Positions 44,947 to 55,059 of a stretch of DNA of 64,000 nucleotides are shown here, in pieces. The notes beneath the pieces are model-generated. The model saw only the letters and a list, made by a program, of their open reading frames with translations, had not been told where the DNA came from and ran no database searches. A program made the position numbers and the translations under genes. Each line of letters begins with the position of its first letter. The first letter of the stretch is position 1. This stretch comes from an uncultured Verrucomicrobiae bacterium (GTDB lineage Bacteria > Verrucomicrobiota > Verrucomicrobiia > Chthoniobacterales > Xiphinematobacteraceae): contig CAVPNI010000001.1 of assembly GCA_963706715.1 (NCBI GenBank), positions 733,289 through 797,288 of the forward strand, written 5' to 3'.

Positions 44947-45102
44947 ATGAAAAAGAGTAGATTCAGCGAGGAGCAAAAAATAGGGATCATCGGTGAGGGG
45001 GAAAGTGGGAATATTGGAGCGGTAGCCGCCAAAGACAACATAGGGGAAGGAACGTATTGGAGAACGAAAGGTTCGATAACCGAAAGAATTTTTTCCTGCT
45101 GA
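44947..45102 (+). pseudogene. IS3-family OrfA (HTH) remnant, 51 codons
   Basis: MKKSRFSEEQKIGIIGEGESGNIGAVAAKDNIGEGTYWRTKG matches the MKKSRFSEEQI..IL.E.E.G..V.E.CR..GIS..T.Y.WK.KYGG pattern. No OrfB follows. Confidence 0.55.
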
Positions 45103-45345
45103 TTGCGAGGCAACTGGGAAAGCAAATCAAAAAGCCGCTTAGCCCGACCGACCGGACCCGGAACCGCGGCGAGGCTTGGGTGCTTTACTGAGAAGCTCTT
45201 CGGGCGAAACTTTTAAAATATCGGATAACATAGCGATTTGCTCTGGACGGAAAAGCGACCACATCACGCTCCCACGTGGCATAGGCCGACTGAGTAATAT
45301 GGAGTTGTTTAGCTACTTCAGCTTGTGAAACGGTATTTAGAGATG
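45040..45345 (-). pseudogene. Frameshifted XRE-family HTH regulator remnant
   Basis: Minus-strand reading gives LNTVSQAEVAKQLHITQSAYATWERDVVAF... in one frame. It continues as ...ISVSPEELLSKAPKPRRGSG... and ...LSQLPRNQQEKILSVIEPFV in other frames. Confidence 0.4.
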
Positions 45346-46009
45346 GGAGAATTTAAATAAATACAGGCGCCTTTTCATGTCGCAACAGGTCGCATGCTAA
45401 CAAATATATGACATAAAAAGAAAGATAATGAAAATTCTGTAATCATTTGAAGCATGTGTAGATATGTGTTAATAGTAAACAATTCCTGCAATCAATGGCA
45501 CTTACCCCGCATCTAAACATCGGTAAATGATATCAACTGAATAATGAATTGGAAATTCTGAGCGCTCTTAGAGAGAAAGACGAATAAAATGCCTATAACT
45601 AAAGCGCATTAATCAGATGCGGCAAACCGCACGTAAGTCAAAAGTCAGTCGAGCCCGAAAAACTATTTAAAGATCCAAAGTCGAATTTTGCGCTGAGGGC
45701 AAATCTCTGGAAATGACAAAGAATTCTTAACTTTTAGAAGAAAAACAGTCGGAGCAATCCTATGAAAAATCGAACAAACCTATCAGTAAACACGCTATGA
45801 AAAGAACCAGAATAATTGAAAAACCAAAAAGGAAAACGTCTTTGCAGTGGCTAAAATCAGCATCCTTTGCGCCTCAAACAAGAGAGACGCGACCTGATTG
45901 TCGAGTATTTGCCAATTCGCCAATGTCACTTTTGTAGCCAACTCGCACTTTTTACAGCGACCCGACGTGGGGCGCTTAACAAATCTTATCTATATATTTT
46001 TATCATCGT

Positions 46010-47608
46010 ATGTTATTACTTGTTACATTACTTTCACTATTCACATGCTTAGGATTAGCTAATAATGCCTATGCCATAGATGTGGAGCCCGAATTTACAC
46101 GCATTAAAGAAAAAATAGAAGAAATAGGGTGGCCGCTGTTTTATGTTAATACTAACGATACTGTTCTGGTTTACCCAAATGAGTGGTTATTTGCTAATAA
46201 CTCATTTGCTAAAGATGTTAAAAATTTCGGGACCCTATTGTCTGGGAATACTATAGTGAACGGAAAGTATACGCAAGATGCTGACGGTCGTTTGGGTATC
46301 TTTGTTTCTGACGGCGAATCTAGTGTAGTGGTTGTTAAGGGGTCAGCCGACATCGATGGGGCGTTGGAAACGGAAGTGCTCTCGGAGCCCACCAGTGAGG
46401 GATATCTTATCCTTGCCGCTTCAGAAGGAGTCAACGGAACATTTAGTGAAGTTCGATCTTCGACGGACCTCCTGTTGGGAGTGATTTATGACCCTACCGA
46501 AGTGTGGTTACTCGTTTTAGGAAAAGGGGGGAGAATGACGTCGCTGGAGAAATTTGCTCCGCGAATTGCAGGAAATATTAAGGATGTGCTCTTTAACGCC
46601 ACCAATGCGCAGTATGGACAACTGACTGCTCGGCTGGCGGCGATTCGTTCGGGTGTGAATGGCGTGACTCTTCAGGGCCTCAGTCAGGAGCCTATGTCTC
46701 AACAATACAGCAAACGCACGCTTTCCTGTGGCAAACAGAAGATAGCGCAGGTTACCGAAGAGCTGCACTGGGATTTTTGGGCATCGGCATCGGGAGTATT
46801 TTCTCGAATCAACAATGTCGGTGACTTACCAAGTCTGAATTCGATTACCGGTTACTTTAGTATGGGAGCCGATTATCGCATCAACCAAGTCTTTAATGTG
46901 GGAACGTATGCGGGCTACCAAACCAGTTTGGCACGCTCTTCTAACGGACGGCTGAGGAACAACGGGCTCAAATACGGTTTGTATGGAACCGCCCAGTGGA
47001 ATGGCTTCTATCTGAATGGAATTGTGGGAGGAGGGGCCAATTTCTTTAACGTGAAACGTCCCGTTGATTTCTCAAATCACGACTGGAAAACACAGGGAAA
47101 TCCTTTTGCTGGAGAGGTGGATTCACTCCTAGGCGCTGGTTATGAACATCGTTGGAACTCCTGGACGTTTGGAATCAATAATTCCATTCAATATACCTAT
47201 GTAGGAGTTTCAGCATTCACGCAAGGCGGAGCCGAGACGAAGGGGACCAATCTGAATGTGAAAGTAGATGGGCAAAACCCTAGTTCGTTAGTCTACACAC
47301 TGGGAGGCAATATTTCCTACCTGTGGGAAATTGTACCGAATTATCACATTCTTCCGACGGTTGGGATGTATTGGCAACATGAATTTCTCAACCGCGGACA
47401 GCGGATTGGCGCAAGATATGCCAATGGGATCGGGGGACCGTACTATTTCAATAGCCGAAGCGGAACGCGTAATAATGCCTTTGGAACTGTCGGTATCACG
47501 ACTCAATTAGGACCTCGGTTTGGTACGTTTGCTTATTACACTCCGCAATTCGGGGGCAAACAAATCTACTCTAATGCAATTCTCCTAGGAGCAAATTTCA
47601 ATTTCTAG
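46010..47608 (+). CDS. Autotransporter (type Va), short passenger
   Basis: Signal peptide MLLLVTLLSLFTCLGLANNAYA. The C-terminal ~300 aa are colinear with the barrel of the 9184-11487 product (NATNAQYGQLTARLAAIRSGV..., NPSSLVYTLGGNISY, ...LLGANFNF*). Confidence 0.85.
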   Translation: MLLLVTLLSLFTCLGLANNAYAIDVEPEFTRIKEKIEEIGWPLFYVNTNDTVLVYPNEWLFANNSFAKDVKNFGTLLSGNTIVNGKYTQDADGRLGIFVSDGESSVVVVKGSADIDGALETEVLSEPTSEGYLILAASEGVNGTFSEVRSSTDLLLGVIYDPTEVWLLVLGKGGRMTSLEKFAPRIAGNIKDVLFNATNAQYGQLTARLAAIRSGVNGVTLQGLSQEPMSQQYSKRTLSCGKQKIAQVTEELHWDFWASASGVFSRINNVGDLPSLNSITGYFSMGADYRINQVFNVGTYAGYQTSLARSSNGRLRNNGLKYGLYGTAQWNGFYLNGIVGGGANFFNVKRPVDFSNHDWKTQGNPFAGEVDSLLGAGYEHRWNSWTFGINNSIQYTYVGVSAFTQGGAETKGTNLNVKVDGQNPSSLVYTLGGNISYLWEIVPNYHILPTVGMYWQHEFLNRGQRIGARYANGIGGPYYFNSRSGTRNNAFGTVGITTQLGPRFGTFAYYTPQFGGKQIYSNAILLGANFNF

Positions 47609-48002
47609 GGTGTCTGGCCTGAACAATAACCCGAACCAGTGATTTATGGAGTCTCTCGTCAATTGGAGTGGGTGAATAAGTAGAGGATATACCCGATCAT
47701 TGATCCACAACTCAATCCCCCGACCTCCCCTTTGGAGTGGGGATTGATTGTGGGAAAATGGGCGCCTTTCCTTGATCCAACAATGTCTTCAGTCAAACAG
47801 TGGAGCCTCTGCCCATAAACAGTCCTGTTCATGCATGGGATGAATCGGCAGCTTTTTTTTGGCTGTGCGTCCTACGAACTACCCAGGAACTGGGTTGATT
47901 TTGGAAGCCGCTTAGCCCCTGCTTGCAGTTCTTGAGACCGCAATTCAAGACTTCCGCGATCTTGAGCTCTGCGAACCACGAACTACCCACTAACTGAATG
48001 GA

Positions 48003-49290
48003 TTAAATATTGGGGACCAGGGAATAACCATGTTTTGCTGCGAGTTTAGAAAGAAGGCGTTTTTGGGAGAGAGCAACCTGCTCATGGTAAACTTCGAGGC
48101 CCCTTTCAACGTAGGGGAAGCCGTGTACCATAACGCGCCAAAAAAGGGCGGCCAACTTACGAGCCAGGGCTTTATTAGCAACTAAGTCGGATCCTTTCCC
48201 TTACAAAGAGTCATAAGTAAACGGTGGAGATCTTTAATTAGAGGAGCATTGCAGCCTCCAATCCTTTTTGTTGCGCTGGGAGTTGAGGGAGGCTGAAGGC
48301 CTTGAACACTTTTCCTGTAATAGCTCTTCTATGGCTTGGTCACATTGCCTAACGAGCTCCTGGCAAAAATGCCATGCATCATAAGCTTGTCTAAGGGCAA
48401 AGAGATGCTGTTTGGTCCAAGTCCCACGCAAACTCTCAATTACTCGATGGCGCTTTGCCCTCTGAATCTGGAGGCTACAAAGAGAAAGCAACACTTGAGG
48501 ATCACGCTCGCCCTTTAGAATGGCTTCAATCACCTTAAGTCCACTAACTCCGGAAAGTGAACGAATTACGTCATGAAACTTGATATTCATGCGTTCCAAG
48601 GCCTTCTGCATATGCTGTACATGGCTAGCTGCTGCTCTGATATGATCGCTTCGCAAACGCAAATAATCCTGCAACTGCCGAATATAGCAAGGCCCGTATA
48701 AAATGATCATGGATTTGACTGAAATTTTGGCTCCAGGCAAGACGCAAAAAAGAGGCCATATCTGTAGATACGGACTATTTTTTGCAACAAAGCTTGGAGG
48801 CAACACCTGGCCGTGGGAACGGCCGGGGTAGACTTGCCGAAGGCAAGCCCCGAAGGGGCGAGACTCAGCGGGGCTGAGTGAGTCAAAAGGGCGGCAAAGG
48901 CGTAATCATTTTATACGGGCTTTGCTATATTGGCCTGAGGTACAAAACCACCTTTTAATAGGCCATGAGCATGCAAAGTTGCTATCCATTGGCAGTCGGC
49001 CATATCCGTCTTCCTTCCAGGTACATTGCGTACGTACTTATCATTAACCACTTTTATCTCTATGCCGCTCTCCTCTAAAATCTCATACAAGGCTATCCAA
49101 TAAACTCCAGTAGCTTCCATTGCCACCGTACACACCTCTTCTTGAAGTAGCCAATCGCGCAGGGCGTGCAACTGACTGGTAAAGGTTCCAAAAACCTTAG
49201 GTGCTCCTCCGGCAATAGAAACGTGCATGTGTTCACTGTACGCTCCATAGAAACGCCGGCCATTTTACAGCTTGACCTGAGCAACCTTAC
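48003..49290 (-). pseudogene. IS110-family transposase, degraded (MITE insertion, internal deletion, N-terminal frameshift)
   Basis: The N-terminal domain reads ...CTVAMEATGVYWIALYEILEESGIEIKVVN...GRKTDMADCQWIA.LH..GLLKGGFVP. The middle reads IRQLQDYLRLR...LSGVSGLKVIEAILKGERDP...LRGTWTKQHLFALRQAYD. The C-terminus, VANKALARKLAALFWRVMVHGFPY...* (48003-48178), is not in the track. The Transposase_20 core between them is missing. An 11-bp inverted repeat ccactaactga lies at 47987-47997 and 49296-49306. Confidence 0.75.
48683..48929 (-). mobile_element. MITE family B, copy 2, inserted in the IS110 transposase gene
   Basis: It is inverted relative to copy 1 and flanked by TA. Removing 245 bp (the element plus one TA) rejoins ...GGFVPQANI|RQLQDYLRLR... 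in frame. The frame offset between the track ORFs is 422 nt, and 422-245=177, which is divisible by 3. Confidence 0.9.
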
Positions 49291-49345
49291 CCTACTCAGT
49301 TAGTGGACTAAAATACGAGTCCTTTGGACTTGATGGCTACGAACT

Positions 49346-50397
49346 ATGCTATTGTTTGGACGCGGGTCCAACTTTCCTGACCCACTCGTTATGTCGAGGA
49401 GCCCCTTTTTGATAAGCCGGGCTCATGTCCATGCTGATGAGTTCGATTTGATCTACCTTGCCTCCGTGAGCTTTTATAGCATGACCCCTATAAAATGATA
49501 CATGAGTTGTCCGGGATTTTTTCTTCAGAGTTTGTTTTAACAAGCTGGCCATATCTGTAGATACGGACGGATTGTTGAAACAAAGTCTGGGGGAACACCG
49601 AGCCGTGGGAACGGCTGGGGTAGCCTGTCCGGCTTTGCCGGACAGCCCCCCTCACAGGGGCGAGACTTGGCGGGAGCCAAGCGAGGCAAAAAGAACGACA
49701 AGACATGGTCATTTTATAGGGGTCATGCTATAGTTCGCTGGCAAAAGTTTTCAAAGATTCCGCGCTGCGACCTTCCACCATCAGAAGTAGTTTATGGGTG
49801 TCAGCATCGAGAATATTTGTCACGTAACGTTGTCCTCGTCGGGAGCGTGTTTCCTCCACTGAGATGCGCCGCACTTCTGCTCAGGATGTTTTGGCATGGG
49901 CCTCTTCCACGTAATGGGCTGCCACTCTCCATAGCCGGGTATCTCTTCTTTTAGGGTCTCGGACACTGCCACCATGGGCATTTCCCAAGCCAGTAATACC
50001 ATCTATTTAAGATAACCAGACTGAGGTTCTTCGCTCCTACTTCCTAAAAACAGGCCAATTATCTTGAATAGATGGTATTACATGGTGAGGGCTTCAAATA
50101 GCAGGGTGAATCCGCTTCCTTCTCTGGCCCAGGGTACGGCTACGCTCAATACTCCATGTTCTTCGCAGTTGCTTCGGGGTACTCGCGCTTCCAGAAAGCA
50201 CTCGTATTGGCAAAAGTTCAGGTGTCTTCATCGCTTGATACTGGTATCATGTGTCGCACATTTTTCCCACATTCCGGGCAACCAAAACGCTTTCCGCTCT
50301 CAAAATCTATTTTAAGTATCAACTTTCTCGGATTCCCTTCAAATTGACATTCTTTCACTTTCCATCCGGCTTCAAGTTGCAACGCCGCTGTAAACAT
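49346..50397 (-). pseudogene. ISL3-family transposase remnant (N-terminal zinc-finger part and middle part), disrupted
   Basis: MFTAALQLEAGWKVKECQFEGNPRKLILKIDFESGKRFGCPECGKNV (zf-ISL3-like). ...MPMVAVSETLK.... ...VDQIELISMDMSPAYQKG (compare IQAVCLDMSGIY in the 58460-59175 copy). It has several frame breaks, carries a MITE A copy, and is truncated by the IS110 element. Confidence 0.55.
49475..49732 (+). mobile_element. MITE family A, full copy 2 (258 bp including flanking TA)
   Basis: It has the same TIRs as copy 1 and only a few substitutions. It is inserted inside the ISL3 remnant. Confidence 0.9.
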
Positions 50398-50647
50398 AGT
50401 CCTCTTGGATAACATCAAATACAGTCGCCCATGTCCGATCATTCAGTTTCGGATCGTGGGCTTTTAGATATACTCTGGCCATCTCGATATTAAAGATAGC
50501 TTGAGTGCTAGCTTGGTTTTTAGCGGAAATTAAGCGGCGTGCTTCGACCTCGTCTTTGGTTTTTAGGCTCTTACGTCGCCGGGTGCCGACTTCCTCGGCG
50601 TAGAACATCCCATTTGGACGTCGATACAGGTGGAACTTGTCTTGCAT
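50372..50647 (-). pseudogene. Tyrosine recombinase (phage-type integrase) N-terminal fragment
   Basis: MQDKFHLYRRPNGMFYAEEVGTRRRKSLKTKDEVEARRLI...MARVYL is a typical integrase N-terminal arm/SAM-like start. No catalytic domain follows, because the ISL3 remnant abuts it. Confidence 0.45.
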
Positions 50648-51304
50648 TGCGGAACTCTGGTTGTGTAGGAGTTCTCGTCAAAACATCACCCAACTGCTGT
50701 AACAGACTGGTGCCCGATACGTGTCCTTTAGTGCCGATCTTTTGCGGCCTTAAAGTCGTTGCAAAACATTCTGGGACAATGCCGCGTACAAAACACCTTG
50801 TTTTTGATGCGTCAAATTGACTTTTTCCAGAGTAAATGCAGCATATCAGAAACTGATCGGAGCGTAAATTGTAGCTCAAAAAGATGTTTGTTTGCAATTT
50901 TTGCGATCTAGAGGAAACTGACGAAGTCAGTTATTGCGAAAATGTTCTAAAAAGACGGTCGCATTCTGCAGCAAGTTCTGGTAACTTACCTCGGAAACAT
51001 TCCGGTAGTTCTTACTGACTCAATTTTATCTTAGCCGGGCGTCCGCGCACTGAAGTGCGAGGCTGGCGTTCTGGTAGCGAACAATCAACCCATCCACAAA
51101 CCTAAATCCGAAACCATTTCGAATGCTTTGATCTTACAACACTTCTTTCGGCCAATGTTCCGGAATTCGTCATAATTTTATGATTTAAAATCACCAGAAG
51201 ACGGTCACAGCGATCTTCTTAAGCAATAGCCATTTTTAAAAGATGTCATTTCGTACAGGCATCTGGTTGCTAAAGAAGAAGTTTGCAGTACCCATTTTTG
51301 AACC

Positions 51305-51907
51305 GTGCCTACCATTGCAATTACCGGTGGAGTTGCCTCTGGCAAGACTGCCTTTCGCCAATATCTTTCCGCTCGATGGAAAGCTGAATTCTTTGATGCC
51401 GATACAGCGGCTATTGATCTGACAGATCATTCGGAGGAAATTCGTCGAGAAATTCAGGAAGCATTTGGTTCGGCAGCCTATCAAGCAAATCGGCTGGATC
51501 GAGACCGCATGCGCACACTGATTTTTTCCGATTTAAACAGCCGCAAAAAATTGGAAAATATTCTGCATCCTCGAATTCAGGCAATTTGGAGGCAACGTGC
51601 GGAAAGCTGCGCGAAGGAGAAAGGTAAGCTGTTAGTGGAAATTCCGCTTCTTTACGAAACCGGTAGCGAAGCAATTTGCGACTTTGTCGTAGTTGTGGCG
51701 TGTTCGTTGAGTACCCAAATGCAGCGGATGGCTCTTTCCCGTGGAGTGGGAGGCGATTTGGCGCAAAAAATCATTACCAGCCAAATGTCACTACAAGAAA
51801 GGCTCCATCGAGCGGATCAGGTGATTTGGAATGATGGGTCCGAGGAGCTTCTCATAGAACAAGCCGATTTGACCGCAAATCACTTAGTTGAGCGTTATGG
51901 ACAATAA
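51305..51907 (+). CDS. coaE: Dephospho-CoA kinase
   Basis: 200 aa, IAITGGVASGKT P-loop, ...LLVEIPLLYETG..., about the size expected for CoaE. Confidence 0.85.
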   Translation: MPTIAITGGVASGKTAFRQYLSARWKAEFFDADTAAIDLTDHSEEIRREIQEAFGSAAYQANRLDRDRMRTLIFSDLNSRKKLENILHPRIQAIWRQRAESCAKEKGKLLVEIPLLYETGSEAICDFVVVVACSLSTQMQRMALSRGVGGDLAQKIITSQMSLQERLHRADQVIWNDGSEELLIEQADLTANHLVERYGQ

Positions 51908-53201
51908 ATCTCTTCGGACGCACACCGCTCAGGATCAAACCGACTCCATCTCATTAGATGAGCTTCAGGAAAAATCCGTGCAAGAGCTCATTGCAACGGT
52001 AAAGGAGCTAAACATCCGCCTAAGAACAGAGGCATCTCGACATCATTTGGTCTTGGATTTGGCGCGCTACTTTCTGTCGACGGGACAAAAAGTTTCTGTA
52101 GAAGGTATTCTGGAACTTTCTGGAGAACAGGGAATTCTGCGTTCATTACGGTTTAATTTTAAACCAGGCGTGGACGATGTTCACGTTCCAGCCGCTCTCG
52201 TGCGTCAATATCAACTGAAACCTGGCCTAAAGATATCGGGCAATGTTCGGCCTCCTATGGAAAAAGAACGGGGCCTGATGTTGGAGAGCATAGCAGCAAT
52301 CGAAGGGACTCCTGTGTCCGCGTGGGCTGCCGCCAAGGACTTTGAAAAGCTCACGCCCTTACATCCGCAACGCCGCATTATACTGGAAAGTAAGATTAAG
52401 CCCACTCGTAGCGCACGTGCTGTGGATCTCATTGCTCCATTGGGCATGGGGCAACGGGGTTTGATTGTGGCCCCGCCTAGATCCGGCAAGACCATGCTTC
52501 TAAGAGATATCGCCAAAGCGATCCGCGACAATCATCCCGATATCCATCTCATTCTTCTGTTAGTCAATGAGCGGCCTGAGGAAGTGACTGATCTTCGCCG
52601 CGAAATCTCTGCGGAAATCATTAGTTCGACTTTTGATGAGCCCGTCTCGCGTCACGTCCAAGTTTGTGAATTGGTTTCCGAACGAGCAAAACGCCTCGTC
52701 GAACTAGGAAAAGATGTCGTCATCCTTTTGGATAGCATTACGCGAATGGCGCGTGGTTACAATGCCCTACAACCTTCCAAAGGTAGGACGATGAGTGGGG
52801 GAGTCGATTCTAAAGCCCTTACTCGTCCCCGCAAATTCTTTGGAACAGCCAGGAACCTCGAAGAAGGCGGCAGCCTAACAATCCTTGCGACTGCATTGGT
52901 CGAAACCCAAAGTCGAATGGATGACATGATCTTCGAAGAATTCAAAGGCACCGGCAATATGGAAATCCACTTGGATCGAACCATCGCCGAGCAACGGATA
53001 TTTCCAGCCATCCACATTATTAAATCCGGTACCCGTAAAGAAGAGCTCCTTTTTCATCCCGATGAATACCAGCGAGTGACCCTCCTCCGAAAACAGCTTT
53101 CAGCGGTTCCGGCAGCCGAAGCTATGCAAATCCTCGCAAACAATCTCGAAGCCACCCGAACAAATGCGGAATTGCTCTTAACCGGTTTGCGCGGGACCTG
53201 A
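51897..53201 (+). CDS. rho: Transcription termination factor Rho
   Basis: N-terminal [14 protein letters not shown] (Rho_N), an RNA-binding domain, Walker [19 protein letters not shown], and ...[37 protein letters not shown]. The ATG at 51897 is preferred over the TTG at 51888. It overlaps the coaE end by 11 nt. Confidence 0.95.
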   Translation: MDNKSLRTHTAQDQTDSISLDELQEKSVQELIATVKELNIRLRTEASRHHLVLDLARYFLSTGQKVSVEGILELSGEQGILRSLRFNFKPGVDDVHVPAALVRQYQLKPGLKISGNVRPPMEKERGLMLESIAAIEGTPVSAWAAAKDFEKLTPLHPQRRIILESKIKPTRSARAVDLIAPLGMGQRGLIVAPPRSGKTMLLRDIAKAIRDNHPDIHLILLLVNERPEEVTDLRREISAEIISSTFDEPVSRHVQVCELVSERAKRLVELGKDVVILLDSITRMARGYNALQPSKGRTMSGGVDSKALTRPRKFFGTARNLEEGGSLTILATALVETQSRMDDMIFEEFKGTGNMEIHLDRTIAEQRIFPAIHIIKSGTRKEELLFHPDEYQRVTLLRKQLSAVPAAEAMQILANNLEATRTNAELLLTGLRGT

Positions 53202-53230
53202 CGATGGACGGACTTCGCCGACTTCGTCGA

Positions 53231-55018
53231 TTACTCCGTGATGATGTCTTTATAAGTCATGCCAGCCGGAATCATTGGGAGCACGTGTTCCGTGTAAGGA
53301 ATCATAATATCTAATACGTAGGCTTCCTTACTATCCAGCAAACGTTGAATGGCATCACGGAGGTCTTTTTTGTGGACAACACGTTCACATTTTACACCAA
53401 ATCCCTTACAAATCTGAATATAATCGGGATAGATCCGTTCCAAATCCTTAGGGTCGCCAAGGAAAGTGTGTGCGCGATTGCTATCGTAGAAGCGATCTTC
53501 CCACTGTACCACCATCCCCAGGTGTTGATTATTGAGAATGATTGCCTTTGCGGCGATTCCCTCAATATGGGCGGTTGCAAGTTCTTGAATGTTCATCAGA
53601 AAAGATCCATCTCCATCGATATCAATTACTTGCTTTTCAGGATAAGCGATTTTGGCGCCTAATGCAGCCGGATAGCCAAACCCCATTGCGCCTAAACCAG
53701 CGGAGGTCAGGAGTGTTCGAGGATGGATAAACTGGTAATACTGAGCGGCCCACATTTGATGCTGACCAACCCCGGTCGTTATAATGGCATCCCCTCGGGT
53801 CATTTCATGCAAAATCTTGATAACATACTGAGGTTGGATGACATCTGGAGTATCTTGAAAAGTAAGCGGATATTTCGTCTTCCAGGCATCGATTTGTGCG
53901 TACCATTCCGGAAAACGAGTAAAATTACCGGGGCATGGATGATAACCAGCTTGATCCAGAATCTCATTGGCCCTTTCCAAGACGTATTTCAGATCACTTA
54001 AAATAGGAAGTTGGACATGGCGATTCTTGTTAATTTCAGACTGGTCCAAATCAATATGAACGATCGTTCCATGTTTACAAAATTCTTCAAACTTACCGGT
54101 GACGCGATCGTCAAACCGTACCCCGATAGCAAGTAGAAGATCAGCTTCATTGACAGCATTGTTAGCGTAAACCGTTCCATGCATGCCCAACCATTTCAAC
54201 GAAAGCAGATGGTTTTCAGGGAAACAACCAATGCCCATCAGGGTAGTAGCTACTGGAATTTGTGTGCGCTCAACAAATTCCAGTAAATCCCGACTAGCGT
54301 TGCCAGAAATTACCCCTCCGCCGCAATAAATCATCGGACATTTTGCCTGCTCAATCAATCCGATCATTTTGTGCAAAGCGGCATCGTCCACTTTCATATC
54401 CGGCTGATATCCACGAAGAGTCACCTCCTGGGGATACACCGGATGAGTCTTCTGATTTTGAATATTCTTTGGAATATCAATCAGCACGGGGCCAGGCCTG
54501 CCAGACTGGGCAATATAAAAAGCTTCTTTGACAATCCGGGGGATATCATTGATGTCGCAAACCAAATAACTGTGCTTAACTATTGGCAACGTCATCCCAA
54601 AAACGTCCGTTTCCTGAAATGCTCCGCGACCAATCATTTCCTGTGGTACCTGGCCGGTAATAGCTACCAGCGGTACGGAATCCATGAATGCATCCGCAAT
54701 ACCAGTGACTAAATTAGAGGCTCCTGGACCGGAAGTCGCCATGCAAACCCCGGCGCGTCCGGTTGCTCTAGCATAGCCCTCTGCCGCAAAGACTCCACCT
54801 TGTTCATGGCGAGGAAGGACAACTCGGATGTTTTTAGATTGGGTTAAGGCTTGGTGCAGAGGTATGGACGCCCCTCCCGGATAGGCAAAAATAGTGTCTA
54901 CGCTTTCCCGTTCGAGGCAATGAATCAGGATTTCCGCTCCATTCATTAACAGGCCTTTGTCAACCAGAGATTGGCCATGAGCGGTCTCAGAACTAGGAGA
55001 AAATGGATGAGGTTGCAT
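53231..55018 (-). CDS. ilvB: Acetolactate synthase (acetohydroxyacid synthase) large subunit
   Basis: GAEILIHCLERESVDTIFAYPGGASIPLH.., ..GQVPQEMIGRGAFQE.D, ThDP motif IDIDGDGSFLMNIQELAT. The track ORF's 63-aa N-extension (to 55207) overlaps mgtE and is rejected. The start is 55018 or 54946. Confidence 0.9.
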   Translation of the reverse strand: MQPHPFSPSSETAHGQSLVDKGLLMNGAEILIHCLERESVDTIFAYPGGASIPLHQALTQSKNIRVVLPRHEQGGVFAAEGYARATGRAGVCMATSGPGASNLVTGIADAFMDSVPLVAITGQVPQEMIGRGAFQETDVFGMTLPIVKHSYLVCDINDIPRIVKEAFYIAQSGRPGPVLIDIPKNIQNQKTHPVYPQEVTLRGYQPDMKVDDAALHKMIGLIEQAKCPMIYCGGGVISGNASRDLLEFVERTQIPVATTLMGIGCFPENHLLSLKWLGMHGTVYANNAVNEADLLLAIGVRFDDRVTGKFEEFCKHGTIVHIDLDQSEINKNRHVQLPILSDLKYVLERANEILDQAGYHPCPGNFTRFPEWYAQIDAWKTKYPLTFQDTPDVIQPQYVIKILHEMTRGDAIITTGVGQHQMWAAQYYQFIHPRTLLTSAGLGAMGFGYPAALGAKIAYPEKQVIDIDGDGSFLMNIQELATAHIEGIAAKAIILNNQHLGMVVQWEDRFYDSNRAHTFLGDPKDLERIYPDYIQICKGFGVKCERVVHKKDLRDAIQRLLDSKEAYVLDIMIPYTEHVLPMIPAGMTYKDIITE

Positions 55019-55059
55019 AAACAGCGTCGGCGTCAGTGAACTGACAGAGTAACAAATTA

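Noticed and set aside
47609-47975. A C-terminal ISL3 transposase fragment left of the IS110 (minus-strand ...IAEVLNCGLKNCKQGLSGFQN resembling NAVAEGFNSKIQSIKSAARGFKN), which would make IS110 an insertion into ISL3. I also considered an inversion of 50.4-56.9 kb by recombination between the two inverted ISL3 copies.
   Set aside because: The similarity is short. About 130 codons would still be missing. The downstream sequence does not match the IR of the other ISL3 copy. The integrase fragments next to the two ISL3 copies do not reconstruct a single insertion site. The evidence is insufficient to report as a feature.
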